Assembly (NCBI GenBank): GCA_016188155.1
Contig: JACPIH010000002.1
Location: 68,655 to 132,654 of the forward strand
DNA length: 64,000 nucleotides
Origin: Candidatus Woesearchaeota archaeon
GTDB taxonomy: Archaea; Nanobdellota; Nanobdellia; Woesearchaeales; UBA10216
Reading direction: 5' to 3'
Below are positions 50,290-57,324 of this stretch, in pieces. Each line of letters starts with the position of its first letter. Position 1 is the first letter of the stretch. The notes under the pieces were generated by a model. It searched no databases and was not told the origin of the DNA. It was given only the letters and a program-made list of their open reading frames with translations. Made by a program: the position numbers and the translations under genes.

Positions 50290-51591
50290 TTAGCCCCGGC
50301 CAATCCCAGCATAATTGAAGCCCAGGCTCCGCATTTCCTCTGGCTCGTAAATGTTGCGGCCATCAACGACATTAGGCTCGGCCATAAGCTGCTTCATCCT
50401 GCCCTTATCCAGTTCGCGGAACAAATCCCACTCAGTAACAACAACAAGGCAGCTTGCACCTTCCAAGGCACCCAGAGGCGTATCAGCGTAATGAACTCCA
50501 TTGAGAACCTGCCGGGCATTCCTCTCCGAAACAGGGTCAAAGGCATACACCTCGGCGCCAAGCTTCTGCAGCTCCCTTATTATGACAATTGAAGGGGCTT
50601 CCCTCATGTCATCAGTCTTTGGCTTGAAAGAAAGGCCCCAGACAGTAACCTTCCTGCCCTTCAAATCAGGCACGAGCCTCTGGACTTTTTGAATGACAGA
50701 AGACTTCTGCAATTCATTAATGCCGTCCACAGACTCCAAAAGCCTTGAGTTGCAGCCATGCGCCTTCATCAATTGAATCAGGGCCCTCACATCCTTAGGG
50801 AAACAGCTTCCGCCGTAACCAATGCCTGCCTGAAGGAACCTTGGGCCTATCCTGCTATCAAGGCCGATGCCTTTAGCGATTGTCTTCACATCGGCACCGA
50901 CCTTCTCACACAAATAGGAAATCTCGTTCATAAAGGAGATTCTTGTGGCAAGCATCGCATTGCTTGCGTACTTGATAAGCTCAGAGCTCTTGACATCGGT
51001 AATCATAATAGGCCTTCCGGTTCGCTCAATAGGCCTGTAAATGGAAAGCATAACGTCTTTTGCCTTGCCATTGTCAACGCCAATGACAACCCTGTCCGGA
51101 ATCATAAAGTCGTTAACAGCCTCGCCCTCCCTAAGGAACTCGGGATTTGAGACAACATCAAACTCAACGGCCTTCCTAAGCTTCTCCCTTATCAATTCCC
51201 GGACCTTGTGGCAGGTTCCAACAGGAACCGTGCTTTTGACTATGATAACCTTGTAAGAGCCCATAAACCTGGCAATCTGCTCGGCAACAGCAAAAACAGA
51301 AGACATGTCAGCGCTGCCATCAGAGCTGGAAGGGGTGCCAACAGCAATAAAGACAACATCAGAATTCTTAATGGCAATCTCAGAGTCTGTCGTAAACATA
51401 AGGCGCTTCTGGGCAAGGTTCATCTCAACCATGTCCCTAAGGCCGGGCTCGAAAAACGGGATAACGCCCCTCCTGAGAGCAGAGACCTTCTCGTCATCAA
51501 TGTCAACGCAGATAACGTCATTGCCAAGGTTAGCAAGGCAGGCGCCTGTCACAAGGCCAACGTAGCCACAACCAATAACAGCAATCTTCAT
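50290..51591 (-). CDS. ugd: UDP-glucose 6-dehydrogenase
   Basis: GCGYVGL, KSTVPVGT, NPEFLREG, GYGGSCFPKD and FKPKTDDMRE. Confidence 0.95.
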   Translation of the reverse strand: MKIAVIGCGYVGLVTGACLANLGNDVICVDIDDEKVSALRRGVIPFFEPGLRDMVEMNLAQKRLMFTTDSEIAIKNSDVVFIAVGTPSSSDGSADMSSVFAVAEQIARFMGSYKVIIVKSTVPVGTCHKVRELIREKLRKAVEFDVVSNPEFLREGEAVNDFMIPDRVVIGVDNGKAKDVMLSIYRPIERTGRPIMITDVKSSELIKYASNAMLATRISFMNEISYLCEKVGADVKTIAKGIGLDSRIGPRFLQAGIGYGGSCFPKDVRALIQLMKAHGCNSRLLESVDGINELQKSSVIQKVQRLVPDLKGRKVTVWGLSFKPKTDDMREAPSIVIIRELQKLGAEVYAFDPVSERNARQVLNGVHYADTPLGALEGASCLVVVTEWDLFRELDKGRMKQLMAEPNVVDGRNIYEPEEMRSLGFNYAGIGRG

Positions 51592-51614
51592 ACTGCTGCC
51601 GAACACCAAACACA

Positions 51615-51660
51615 TATAAATATCTTACCATTATCCTACCTTATCCGATACATTTATATA
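51615..51660. promoter_or_regulatory. Divergent promoter region with phased TATC(C/T)TACC-like direct repeats (possible operator)
   Basis: TATCTTACC at 51621, TATCCTACC at 51632 and TATCCGATA at 51642, between TATAAATA and TTTATATA elements. Confidence 0.4.
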
Positions 51661-51710
51661 TTCAAACGGTTAAGTCACAACACAATCACAGCAGCAGCTG
51701 CTGAACGAAA

Positions 51711-52511
51711 ATGAAGCGCAAAATCAGCATAACCATTGAGGACAGCCTACTGAAGGGAATAGACTCCGTCGTCGATAACGTCTTCATCAGGAACAGGTCG
51801 CAGGCCATCGAGTTTCTGACAAAGACGGCCCTGGGTGAGCACAAGCAGGCAGTCATACTGGCAGGGGGGCCCGATGAGAAGCTGAAGATTTCCGAGGCAG
51901 AATACAGAATAACGGCGAGGGTTAAAAACACGACAGTCGTTGAGAAAGCGGTAAAAAAGCTCAGGGAGAACGGCTTCAAGGACATCTACATCGTAGCGAG
52001 GCACAACGTCCTCACAAAGGTGTTTGACATTATGAAAGACGGCAGCAGCCACAACGTCAAGGTCACCTACATTGAGGAAAAGGAAAGCGACGGAAGCGCA
52101 GACACCCTGCGGCTGCTTAAAGGGAAGATAAGCACCAACTTTCTGGCAGTTTATGGGCACATAATATTTGACAAGGTAAACATAGAGGAGCTGTGGAACC
52201 AACATATAAAACAAGGCACGGCAGTAGCAACCCTTATACTGACAACAGCACCAAACCCGAGCGAGAAAGGTACAGTAAAAGTGGAAGGCAACCGCATACT
52301 GGAATTCATACAGAAACCGAGGAAAACCGACGTTTACCTTGTTTTCTCACCCATCTTTGTCGCAACTCCTGAAATATTCAACACAGAAGGCAGCAGCCTA
52401 GAGTACGACGTTTTTCCTAAGCTGGCAGAGCAAGGGCTCCTCTTTGGACACACATCAGCAGAGAAAGAGCAGCACATACACACGGCCGCAGACGCGAAAA
52501 CAATCAGGTAG
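51711..52511 (+). CDS. Ribbon-helix-helix DNA-binding domain fused to a degenerate sugar-nucleotidyltransferase domain
   Basis: RKISITIEDSLLKGID..NRSQAIE (RHH), then AVILAGG lacking GxGTR, YGH in place of xGD, and QKP in place of EKP. Confidence 0.8.
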   Translation: MKRKISITIEDSLLKGIDSVVDNVFIRNRSQAIEFLTKTALGEHKQAVILAGGPDEKLKISEAEYRITARVKNTTVVEKAVKKLRENGFKDIYIVARHNVLTKVFDIMKDGSSHNVKVTYIEEKESDGSADTLRLLKGKISTNFLAVYGHIIFDKVNIEELWNQHIKQGTAVATLILTTAPNPSEKGTVKVEGNRILEFIQKPRKTDVYLVFSPIFVATPEIFNTEGSSLEYDVFPKLAEQGLLFGHTSAEKEQHIHTAADAKTIR

Positions 52512-52530
52512 CTTGAGCCGCAAGCCGCAG

Positions 52531-52543
52531 CAAACTTTATAAA
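52531..52543 (+). promoter_or_regulatory. BRE/TATA promoter of the 5S rRNA gene
   Basis: CAAAC-TTTATAAA ending about 23 nt before the 5S 5' end. Confidence 0.65.
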
Positions 52544-52565
52544 CCACCACCTCATTCTAAGCGTC

Positions 52566-52680
52566 GTGAACGGCCATGGCCGCCCGGTAATACCTGATCC
52601 CATTTCGAACTCAGAAGTCAAGCGGGCGCACGTTCCTGCCAGTACTGCACGTCGTGCGGAAACGTAGGATCGCTGTTCAC
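52566..52680 (+). rRNA. rrf: 5S rRNA, archaeal type, stand-alone
   Basis: Terminal helix GTGAACGGC/GCTGTTCAC; conserved CCTGATCCCATTTCGAACTCAGAAGTCAAG loop C region; AGTACTG..GGAAAC loop E. Confidence 0.92.
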
Positions 52681-52725
52681 ACTTAACCTTTTTGCGAAAA
52701 AGGTTAACCAAAAACGTTCACACTT
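52675..52725. repeat. Perfect hairpin TTAACCTTTTT-GCG-AAAAAGGTTAA (52683-52707) flanked by the 10-bp direct repeat GTTCACACTT
   Basis: Direct repeats at 52675-52684 and 52716-52725. Confidence 0.8.
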
Positions 52726-53127
52726 TTATTTTTCTGAGTGGTTTAGGCAAGAAATAGTGTAGCTGTAACTAACCTGTCGCCTGGGCACAAGGCCAAGGAA
52801 CCTGTAGCGCTGATCAACAACGTCAGCCCTAACATAAAAGCGCAGCTGGCCGTTACGGTTATCCTTTTTAATGTGAAGCTGCCCGTCGAGTGATGCAATA
52901 GACACTTCGGTTGTTGAATTATCTTCAGAGTGCACAGCAACCCTCTGCTCCAGAAGCATAGCCGAAATTTCTGCGCCTGTTCCCTTTGCGTGAACAGAAG
53001 GCTTTTCCCTTTGCATTCTAGGAAAGACAGGAACGCCAGCATAGCTAAGAGTCACGCCTAACAGTTCTGCCTCAGGTAGCTCGGCAATTTGAGCGCATGC
53101 ATCTTGAAGACTAAGCTTTTGTAACAT
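52726..53127 (-). CDS. Hypothetical protein
   Basis: ORF fills the gap between 5S and the next gene; TATA-like TTTAAATA upstream on the minus strand; no recognised motif. Confidence 0.5.
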   Translation of the reverse strand: MLQKLSLQDACAQIAELPEAELLGVTLSYAGVPVFPRMQREKPSVHAKGTGAEISAMLLEQRVAVHSEDNSTTEVSIASLDGQLHIKKDNRNGQLRFYVRADVVDQRYRFLGLVPRRQVSYSYTISCLNHSEK

Positions 53128-53259
53128 AAGGATACCAAAGAGCTGAAAAAAAGGCTTATTTAAAAAGGATTTGGCTGCACACGGCTTCAACACGCTTCAA
53201 TATACTGGTATATGATACCAAAACCTTTATGTATCACCTAGTGCCTAAACCGTATTGGC

Positions 53260-53817
53260 ATGGTTTTCATAAGAATCAAGCGGATTTCCGGGAAAGAGTA
53301 CGGCTACCTTGTTGCCAACAGCTGGACAGGCTCAGGACCGAGGCAGAAGGTGTCAAAATACCTTGGAAGGCTGATAAGGCCTGAAAAGGCAAAAAGTGAG
53401 CCCTTAGCGCAGTTCCTGGGGCTTGCAGGCGAGCCTGCCATTACTGAATGGGTAAAGAAGAGCAGTTTCAAGGAGATTGCTGCTGCGCTGATAAAATGGG
53501 AGCTTAACAATCACAACATTGCAGAGAGCAGCTACGGAATCAGTGCAGAAAAGGCCGAACTTCTCGACTGTAAAGGCAAGCCGGTTGCCATTGCGCTGAA
53601 TGACGGGTTCCTGTGCGGCCACACAGCCAAAAAGCTGCTGGAATACGACGCAGCAGCCGACTACTCAGGCTATAATCTGGCAGACGCCTTAACAGCTGCC
53701 GGGATAGCTATTGAGAAAGAAGTCTTCATAACACTGTTCGGGAAGATGCAGGCAATGACAGGAGCCGGAAAGCAGGAAGCTGCGGCAAAAGAGACATTGA
53801 AGGACTTCTACTACTGA
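53260..53817 (+). CDS. Conserved-looking hypothetical protein with a basic beta-hairpin N-terminus (likely nucleic-acid binding)
   Basis: MVFIRIKRISGKEYGYLV..GPRQKVSKYLGR; no DDE catalytic domain. Confidence 0.65.
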   Translation: MVFIRIKRISGKEYGYLVANSWTGSGPRQKVSKYLGRLIRPEKAKSEPLAQFLGLAGEPAITEWVKKSSFKEIAAALIKWELNNHNIAESSYGISAEKAELLDCKGKPVAIALNDGFLCGHTAKKLLEYDAAADYSGYNLADALTAAGIAIEKEVFITLFGKMQAMTGAGKQEAAAKETLKDFYY

Positions 53818-54881
53818 GAATTGCCATTAATCTCAAGCGTAATTTGACCAGTTTTCTCGTCGATGGATCTGATAAGCTTGTTGCTGCCGAAGTACTCCCT
53901 AAGCTGGTCTGGCGTGAAGGTCTTCCTGAGCGTGTTATAGTCGTCAAGGATGCGCTTAACGTCCTGGTAATGCTCATAGATGAGCTTTGCAGCCTTGGTA
54001 GCTTCCTCAGCAACCCTTGCAAACTCCGCAACTGCCGAATTCTGCTGCCCAATAGCTATTTCAAGCTCATTTATTCGCATTGAAAAAGCGGCAGTTTTCG
54101 GCGACACGGAAGCTGCGGTAAGCTGTGCCGTGGCGTTTGCCTCTAAAGTTGCGTTTATTGGCTGCTTCCTAGACAGCAGCTGCTGCAGTGATGAGTAAAG
54201 CTTCTGAAGTTCTAGTTGGGATAGCTTGGATGGTTTCTTGGACTTATCAACAGCGGCAGCAGAACAGAGCTGTTCAGCATATGTGCCGGAAAGGCCAAGG
54301 TCAACAGCCAAAGCCTTTACCACAGAGTCCTTTTCCGACGACAAAACAGCTTTTTGGAACTGCCCTTCATTCATCGCTGCAAAATCGGCAGTTGCCGGGG
54401 GAAGCGCGTAAGCGAATCCAGGCCTTACTGTGCGGTCCCTCCATGCCTGATGCTCAGCACAGCCAAGAATAACCCCTTTCTCATCAACCAGGATTACGTT
54501 GCCCTTGCTGAACAACTCGATAATGAGCCTGAAATGCAGCTGCTGTCTCGACGAGAAAACAAGCTCAAGGATGCGCTCTGAACCAGGCTGCAAGACCGAA
54601 GCCAGCCTTGCATTGCCCAAATGGTGCCTCAGAAAGCTGCAAAAGCCGCCAGGCTTCTCTGCAGTTGCCGGTTTCTTAGACGAGAAAAACAGTGAGGAAG
54701 GCGCAAGGCAGACAAGAAACCTTTTACCCTCACTTGTGTTCAGCTGCAGCACAATCGACTTCCCCGGCTTCGCTGCGGCTGGCTGCTGAAGCTCATAAAC
54801 CTGGTCCAGCCAAGAGCCTTCAAGCTGCTTAAGCTCACTCACAAGCGTCCTAAGCTCTATTGCAGCAATCTGGTTTCTCAT
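53811..54881 (-). CDS. rqc2: Rqc2/NFACT (FbpA) family ribosome-quality-control protein, N-terminal half only
   Basis: FLRHHLGNARL, ERILEL, IIELFSKGNVILVD, RTVRPG..Y..PP and HhH GLSGTYAEQLC; no NFACT-R domain. Confidence 0.82.
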   Translation of the reverse strand: MRNQIAAIELRTLVSELKQLEGSWLDQVYELQQPAAAKPGKSIVLQLNTSEGKRFLVCLAPSSLFFSSKKPATAEKPGGFCSFLRHHLGNARLASVLQPGSERILELVFSSRQQLHFRLIIELFSKGNVILVDEKGVILGCAEHQAWRDRTVRPGFAYALPPATADFAAMNEGQFQKAVLSSEKDSVVKALAVDLGLSGTYAEQLCSAAAVDKSKKPSKLSQLELQKLYSSLQQLLSRKQPINATLEANATAQLTAASVSPKTAAFSMRINELEIAIGQQNSAVAEFARVAEEATKAAKLIYEHYQDVKRILDDYNTLRKTFTPDQLREYFGSNKLIRSIDEKTGQITLEINGNSQ

Positions 54882-54947
54882 AAATCCTCACTTTTGTAGT
54901 TTTATGCGAACTTTTTTAGCTAATTTTGGCTGTTTTCATTCATTGAG

Positions 54948-54962
54948 TAAAGTATTTAAATA
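54948..54962 (+). promoter_or_regulatory. BRE/TATA promoter for a probably leaderless transcript of 54989-55690
   Basis: TAAAGTA-TTTAAATA ending about 26 nt before the ATG at 54989. Confidence 0.5.
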
Positions 54963-54988
54963 GGTTTCCCATTAAAACGGTTTCAAAA

Positions 54989-55690
54989 ATGGGGTTTTTG
55001 GGCTTCTTATTCGGCAGCAGCACGAAACCCAAGTCGACGGCGGTCGACTGGGCACAGTCGCGGCAGCGACTTGTGAGTGAGAAGAGCGTGCGGCAGGTGC
55101 AGCCATCGGAAATCTCACTTTCACCCTTTGCAGTCATAGAAGGCAAGGTAATATCCGCGTTCTCCAAGGTAAAGCAGGACATCACACTCGTAAGCTCCTG
55201 GCTCAAGTACCTCAGGCACAAGGACCTGCTGCATGAGCAAAGGCACACAAAAACGCACAGGGAGCTGGGGGAGCACAAAGTAAGGATTGAAAGGCTGCAA
55301 GCAGAAATGGTAGAGCTCAAAGCAGCCCTAAATGAGGCCAAAACTGCTGCCCAAACAGGTTCGTTTCCGAACCTAGTCCGGACTAAATCCGAACCTAAAG
55401 CGGACCTAAAACGAACCCAGTTTGAAAACAGGGTTGTAAGCACGCTTAGGAGCAGAAGAAAGGACTATGTTTTGAAGCAAATCCTTGAATTGGCAGCGAA
55501 AGAAACGCACTCAACAAGCGAAATAGAGCAAATTGTCGTCGGAGAAAAGGCTTTGTGCGGAAGGACCGCATTCTACGATTACATTCGCGAGCTTAAGCAC
55601 AAAAGGATGATAAGACCCAGTGAAAAGGGCTCGAAAAAGGTTGTTGTTGCCGAAAAAGCTGGTTTGGAGCAGGTTCGTTTCCGAACCTAA
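54989..55690 (+). CDS. Putative DNA-binding protein: N-terminal amphipathic helix, coiled coil, C-terminal winged HTH
   Basis: MGFLGFLFG; VRIERLQAEMVELKAALNE; ILELAAKETHSTSEIEQIVV..CGRTAFYDYIRELKHKRMI. Confidence 0.7.
   Translation: MGFLGFLFGSSTKPKSTAVDWAQSRQRLVSEKSVRQVQPSEISLSPFAVIEGKVISAFSKVKQDITLVSSWLKYLRHKDLLHEQRHTKTHRELGEHKVRIERLQAEMVELKAALNEAKTAAQTGSFPNLVRTKSEPKADLKRTQFENRVVSTLRSRRKDYVLKQILELAAKETHSTSEIEQIVVGEKALCGRTAFYDYIRELKHKRMIRPSEKGSKKVVVAEKAGLEQVRFRT
55356..55420 (+). repeat. Iteron-like array A: one inverted unit plus five 11-bp direct units (consensus TCCG[A/G]AC[C/T][T/A]A[A/G])
   Basis: TCCGAACCTAG, TCCGGACTAAA, TCCGAACCTAA, AGCGGACCTAA and AACGAACCCAG start at 55366, 55377, 55388, 55399 and 55410. 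Confidence 0.9.
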
Positions 55691-55723
55691 TCCGGACTAA
55701 ATCCGAACCTAGTCCGGACCTAC
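55670..55723 (+). repeat. Iteron-like array B: one inverted unit plus four 11-bp direct units
   Basis: TCCGAACCTAA, TCCGGACTAAA, TCCGAACCTAG and TCCGGACCTAC start at 55680, 55691, 55702 and 55713; 55670-55711 matches 55356-55397 at 41 of 42 nt. Confidence 0.9.
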
Positions 55724-56244
55724 GTCAGCAGCTTCCTGATTTTGGCCGCAAATGCCTTGACATCGGCTGTTTTTGCTGTTGTGGTGTCAAAGGCAACAAT
55801 CCTGTGACCCATTTCCTTGGCTTCAGAGAGGCAGGTGTCAAAGATCTCGGCATTGAGGTTTTCCCTTACCTTTGCCTGGCTGTAGCCTTTCCTTCTTAGC
55901 CGGTGCTGGAGGGTTTTTAAGCTGCAGCGGGCAACGAGGCACAAATCAGCGTACTTTTTGGGGAGATAGTGAGACATGTGTGAGTCGAGAATAATGCCTT
56001 TCCTGCCTCCTCTAAGGGCTTTTTGCCTCACTTTTATGCGTGAGCGGGCCAGTTTTGCCTCGTCTACAACGTAAGTATGCCTTTTCCGGTCGTAGCTGCT
56101 GTAAATGTGAGCATTCTTCACGAAAGAACCAACGTCAAAGTGCGTATAACTCAGCAAAAGTGAGAGCTTTTTGGCCAAGGTTGTCTTGCCAGTGCCCGGA
56201 GTGCCTGTGACAATCAGGGTTACGAAGCGAGTCGTCATCGCCAA
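55720..56244 (-). CDS. Adenylate kinase 6 / Fap7 (hCINAP-like)
   Basis: VTGTPGTGKTT, DSHMSH, RLRRKGYSQAKVRENLNAEIFD and DTT. Confidence 0.9.
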   Translation of the reverse strand: MAMTTRFVTLIVTGTPGTGKTTLAKKLSLLLSYTHFDVGSFVKNAHIYSSYDRKRHTYVVDEAKLARSRIKVRQKALRGGRKGIILDSHMSHYLPKKYADLCLVARCSLKTLQHRLRRKGYSQAKVRENLNAEIFDTCLSEAKEMGHRIVAFDTTTAKTADVKAFAAKIRKLLT

Positions 56245-56427
56245 ACCACCTGTCTTTTAGGCACTAGGCTGAAAAGTGAGCTTAAGACGCTTAGTTTCAG
56301 TGCTAGGATAGAATAAAACAGGGATTTGCGCATTGCTGAAGCAGTTACCAATGGCAGTATAAAAGGATAACTGAAGTTTACAGCGAACTGCAAAAGAATT
56401 TTAAACCTGAATTCCCTGACCAAGGCC

Positions 56428-56772
56428 ATGAAGGTGGGTTTCTTTTTCATCATTGTGGCAGTTTTAGCTGCGGTAGTCATGTTTGCAGGGTGTAAAACGC
56501 AAACTGACGGCAAACAACCACCGCTGCAGCCGCAGCCGCCAAAAGAAAACGTAACAGTGGAGTGCTCCTCTGACTCTGACTGCGGCGTTGGAGGCTGCTC
56601 AGGGCAGGTATGCACAGCAGCCTCTGAGGCTGCTGGGGTAATAACGACGTGTGAGTACCGGGCAGAGTATGACTGCCTGAAGCTGACGAGCTGCGGCTGC
56701 GTGGAAGGCAAATGCGCTTGGAAAGAAACAGCAGGGTATATGGGTTGTTTGGATAAGCTTAACTCGCAATAG
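56428..56772 (+). CDS. Lipoprotein with an eight-cysteine-cluster domain
   Basis: Lipobox FAGC; CSSDSDCGVGGCSGQVC..TTCEY...CLKLTSCGCVEGKCAW. Confidence 0.82.
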   Translation: MKVGFFFIIVAVLAAVVMFAGCKTQTDGKQPPLQPQPPKENVTVECSSDSDCGVGGCSGQVCTAASEAAGVITTCEYRAEYDCLKLTSCGCVEGKCAWKETAGYMGCLDKLNSQ

Positions 56773-56844
56773 CGGCAGTAGCAGCGATAAAAATAAAAAG
56801 CCGCTGCATAAAGGAAAACAGGGTCTAAAAAAGGTAGTTCTGGA

Positions 56845-57324
56845 ATGGATTGTGACATGTGCGGGAGGGAGCAGGCCACCCTTAAGGCAGCTGTGGAAGG
56901 CAGCGTGCTGAGCCTGTGCGACGGCTGCAGCAAATTTGGGAAGGTTGTTGGCAGGGTGGCTACAGCTGCGGCTGCTGCTAAGAAAAAAGAGGGGAAAACT
57001 GCGGCTATTGCCGAAGACGATACCGAACTCATTGTTGCCAACTTTGGCCAGCTCCTAAAGCAGAAGAGGGAAGAGCTTGGCAGGAAGCAGGAAGACGGGT
57101 TCATGAAACTGGAGGACTTTGCCAAGATGATTAACGTGAAGGAGTCTGTGCTTCACAAGATGGAAACCGGGGCTTTAAAGCCGAGCGTTGAGGAAGCGAA
57201 AAGGATAGGGAAGGCCCTGGGAATAAAGCTTGTGGAAAAAGCTGAGGCTGTGGAAGATATAGTGCCGCAGCCGAAAAAGGACCAGCTCACGCTGGGAGAT
57301 TTGATAAAGATTAAGAAGAAGTAG
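56845..57324 (+). CDS. mbf1: Archaeal multiprotein-bridging factor 1 (Zn-ribbon plus HTH)
   Basis: CDMCG..LCDGCSKFG, KESVLHKMETGALKPS and LTLGDLIKIK. Confidence 0.92.
   Translation: MDCDMCGREQATLKAAVEGSVLSLCDGCSKFGKVVGRVATAAAAAKKKEGKTAAIAEDDTELIVANFGQLLKQKREELGRKQEDGFMKLEDFAKMINVKESVLHKMETGALKPSVEEAKRIGKALGIKLVEKAEAVEDIVPQPKKDQLTLGDLIKIKKK

Noticed and set aside
53260..53817. IS1634-family insertion sequence
   Set aside because: Too short, with no DDE domain, terminal inverted repeats or target duplication.
55356..55723. CRISPR array
   Set aside because: The units are 11 bp and abut each other with no unique spacers; no cas genes are in the window.
56235..57125. 296-aa minus-strand ORF, including a possible 32-aa peptide at 56235-56333
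   Set aside because: Overlaps aMBF1 and the eight-cysteine lipoprotein on the opposite strand; the short tail peptide has no recognisable support.
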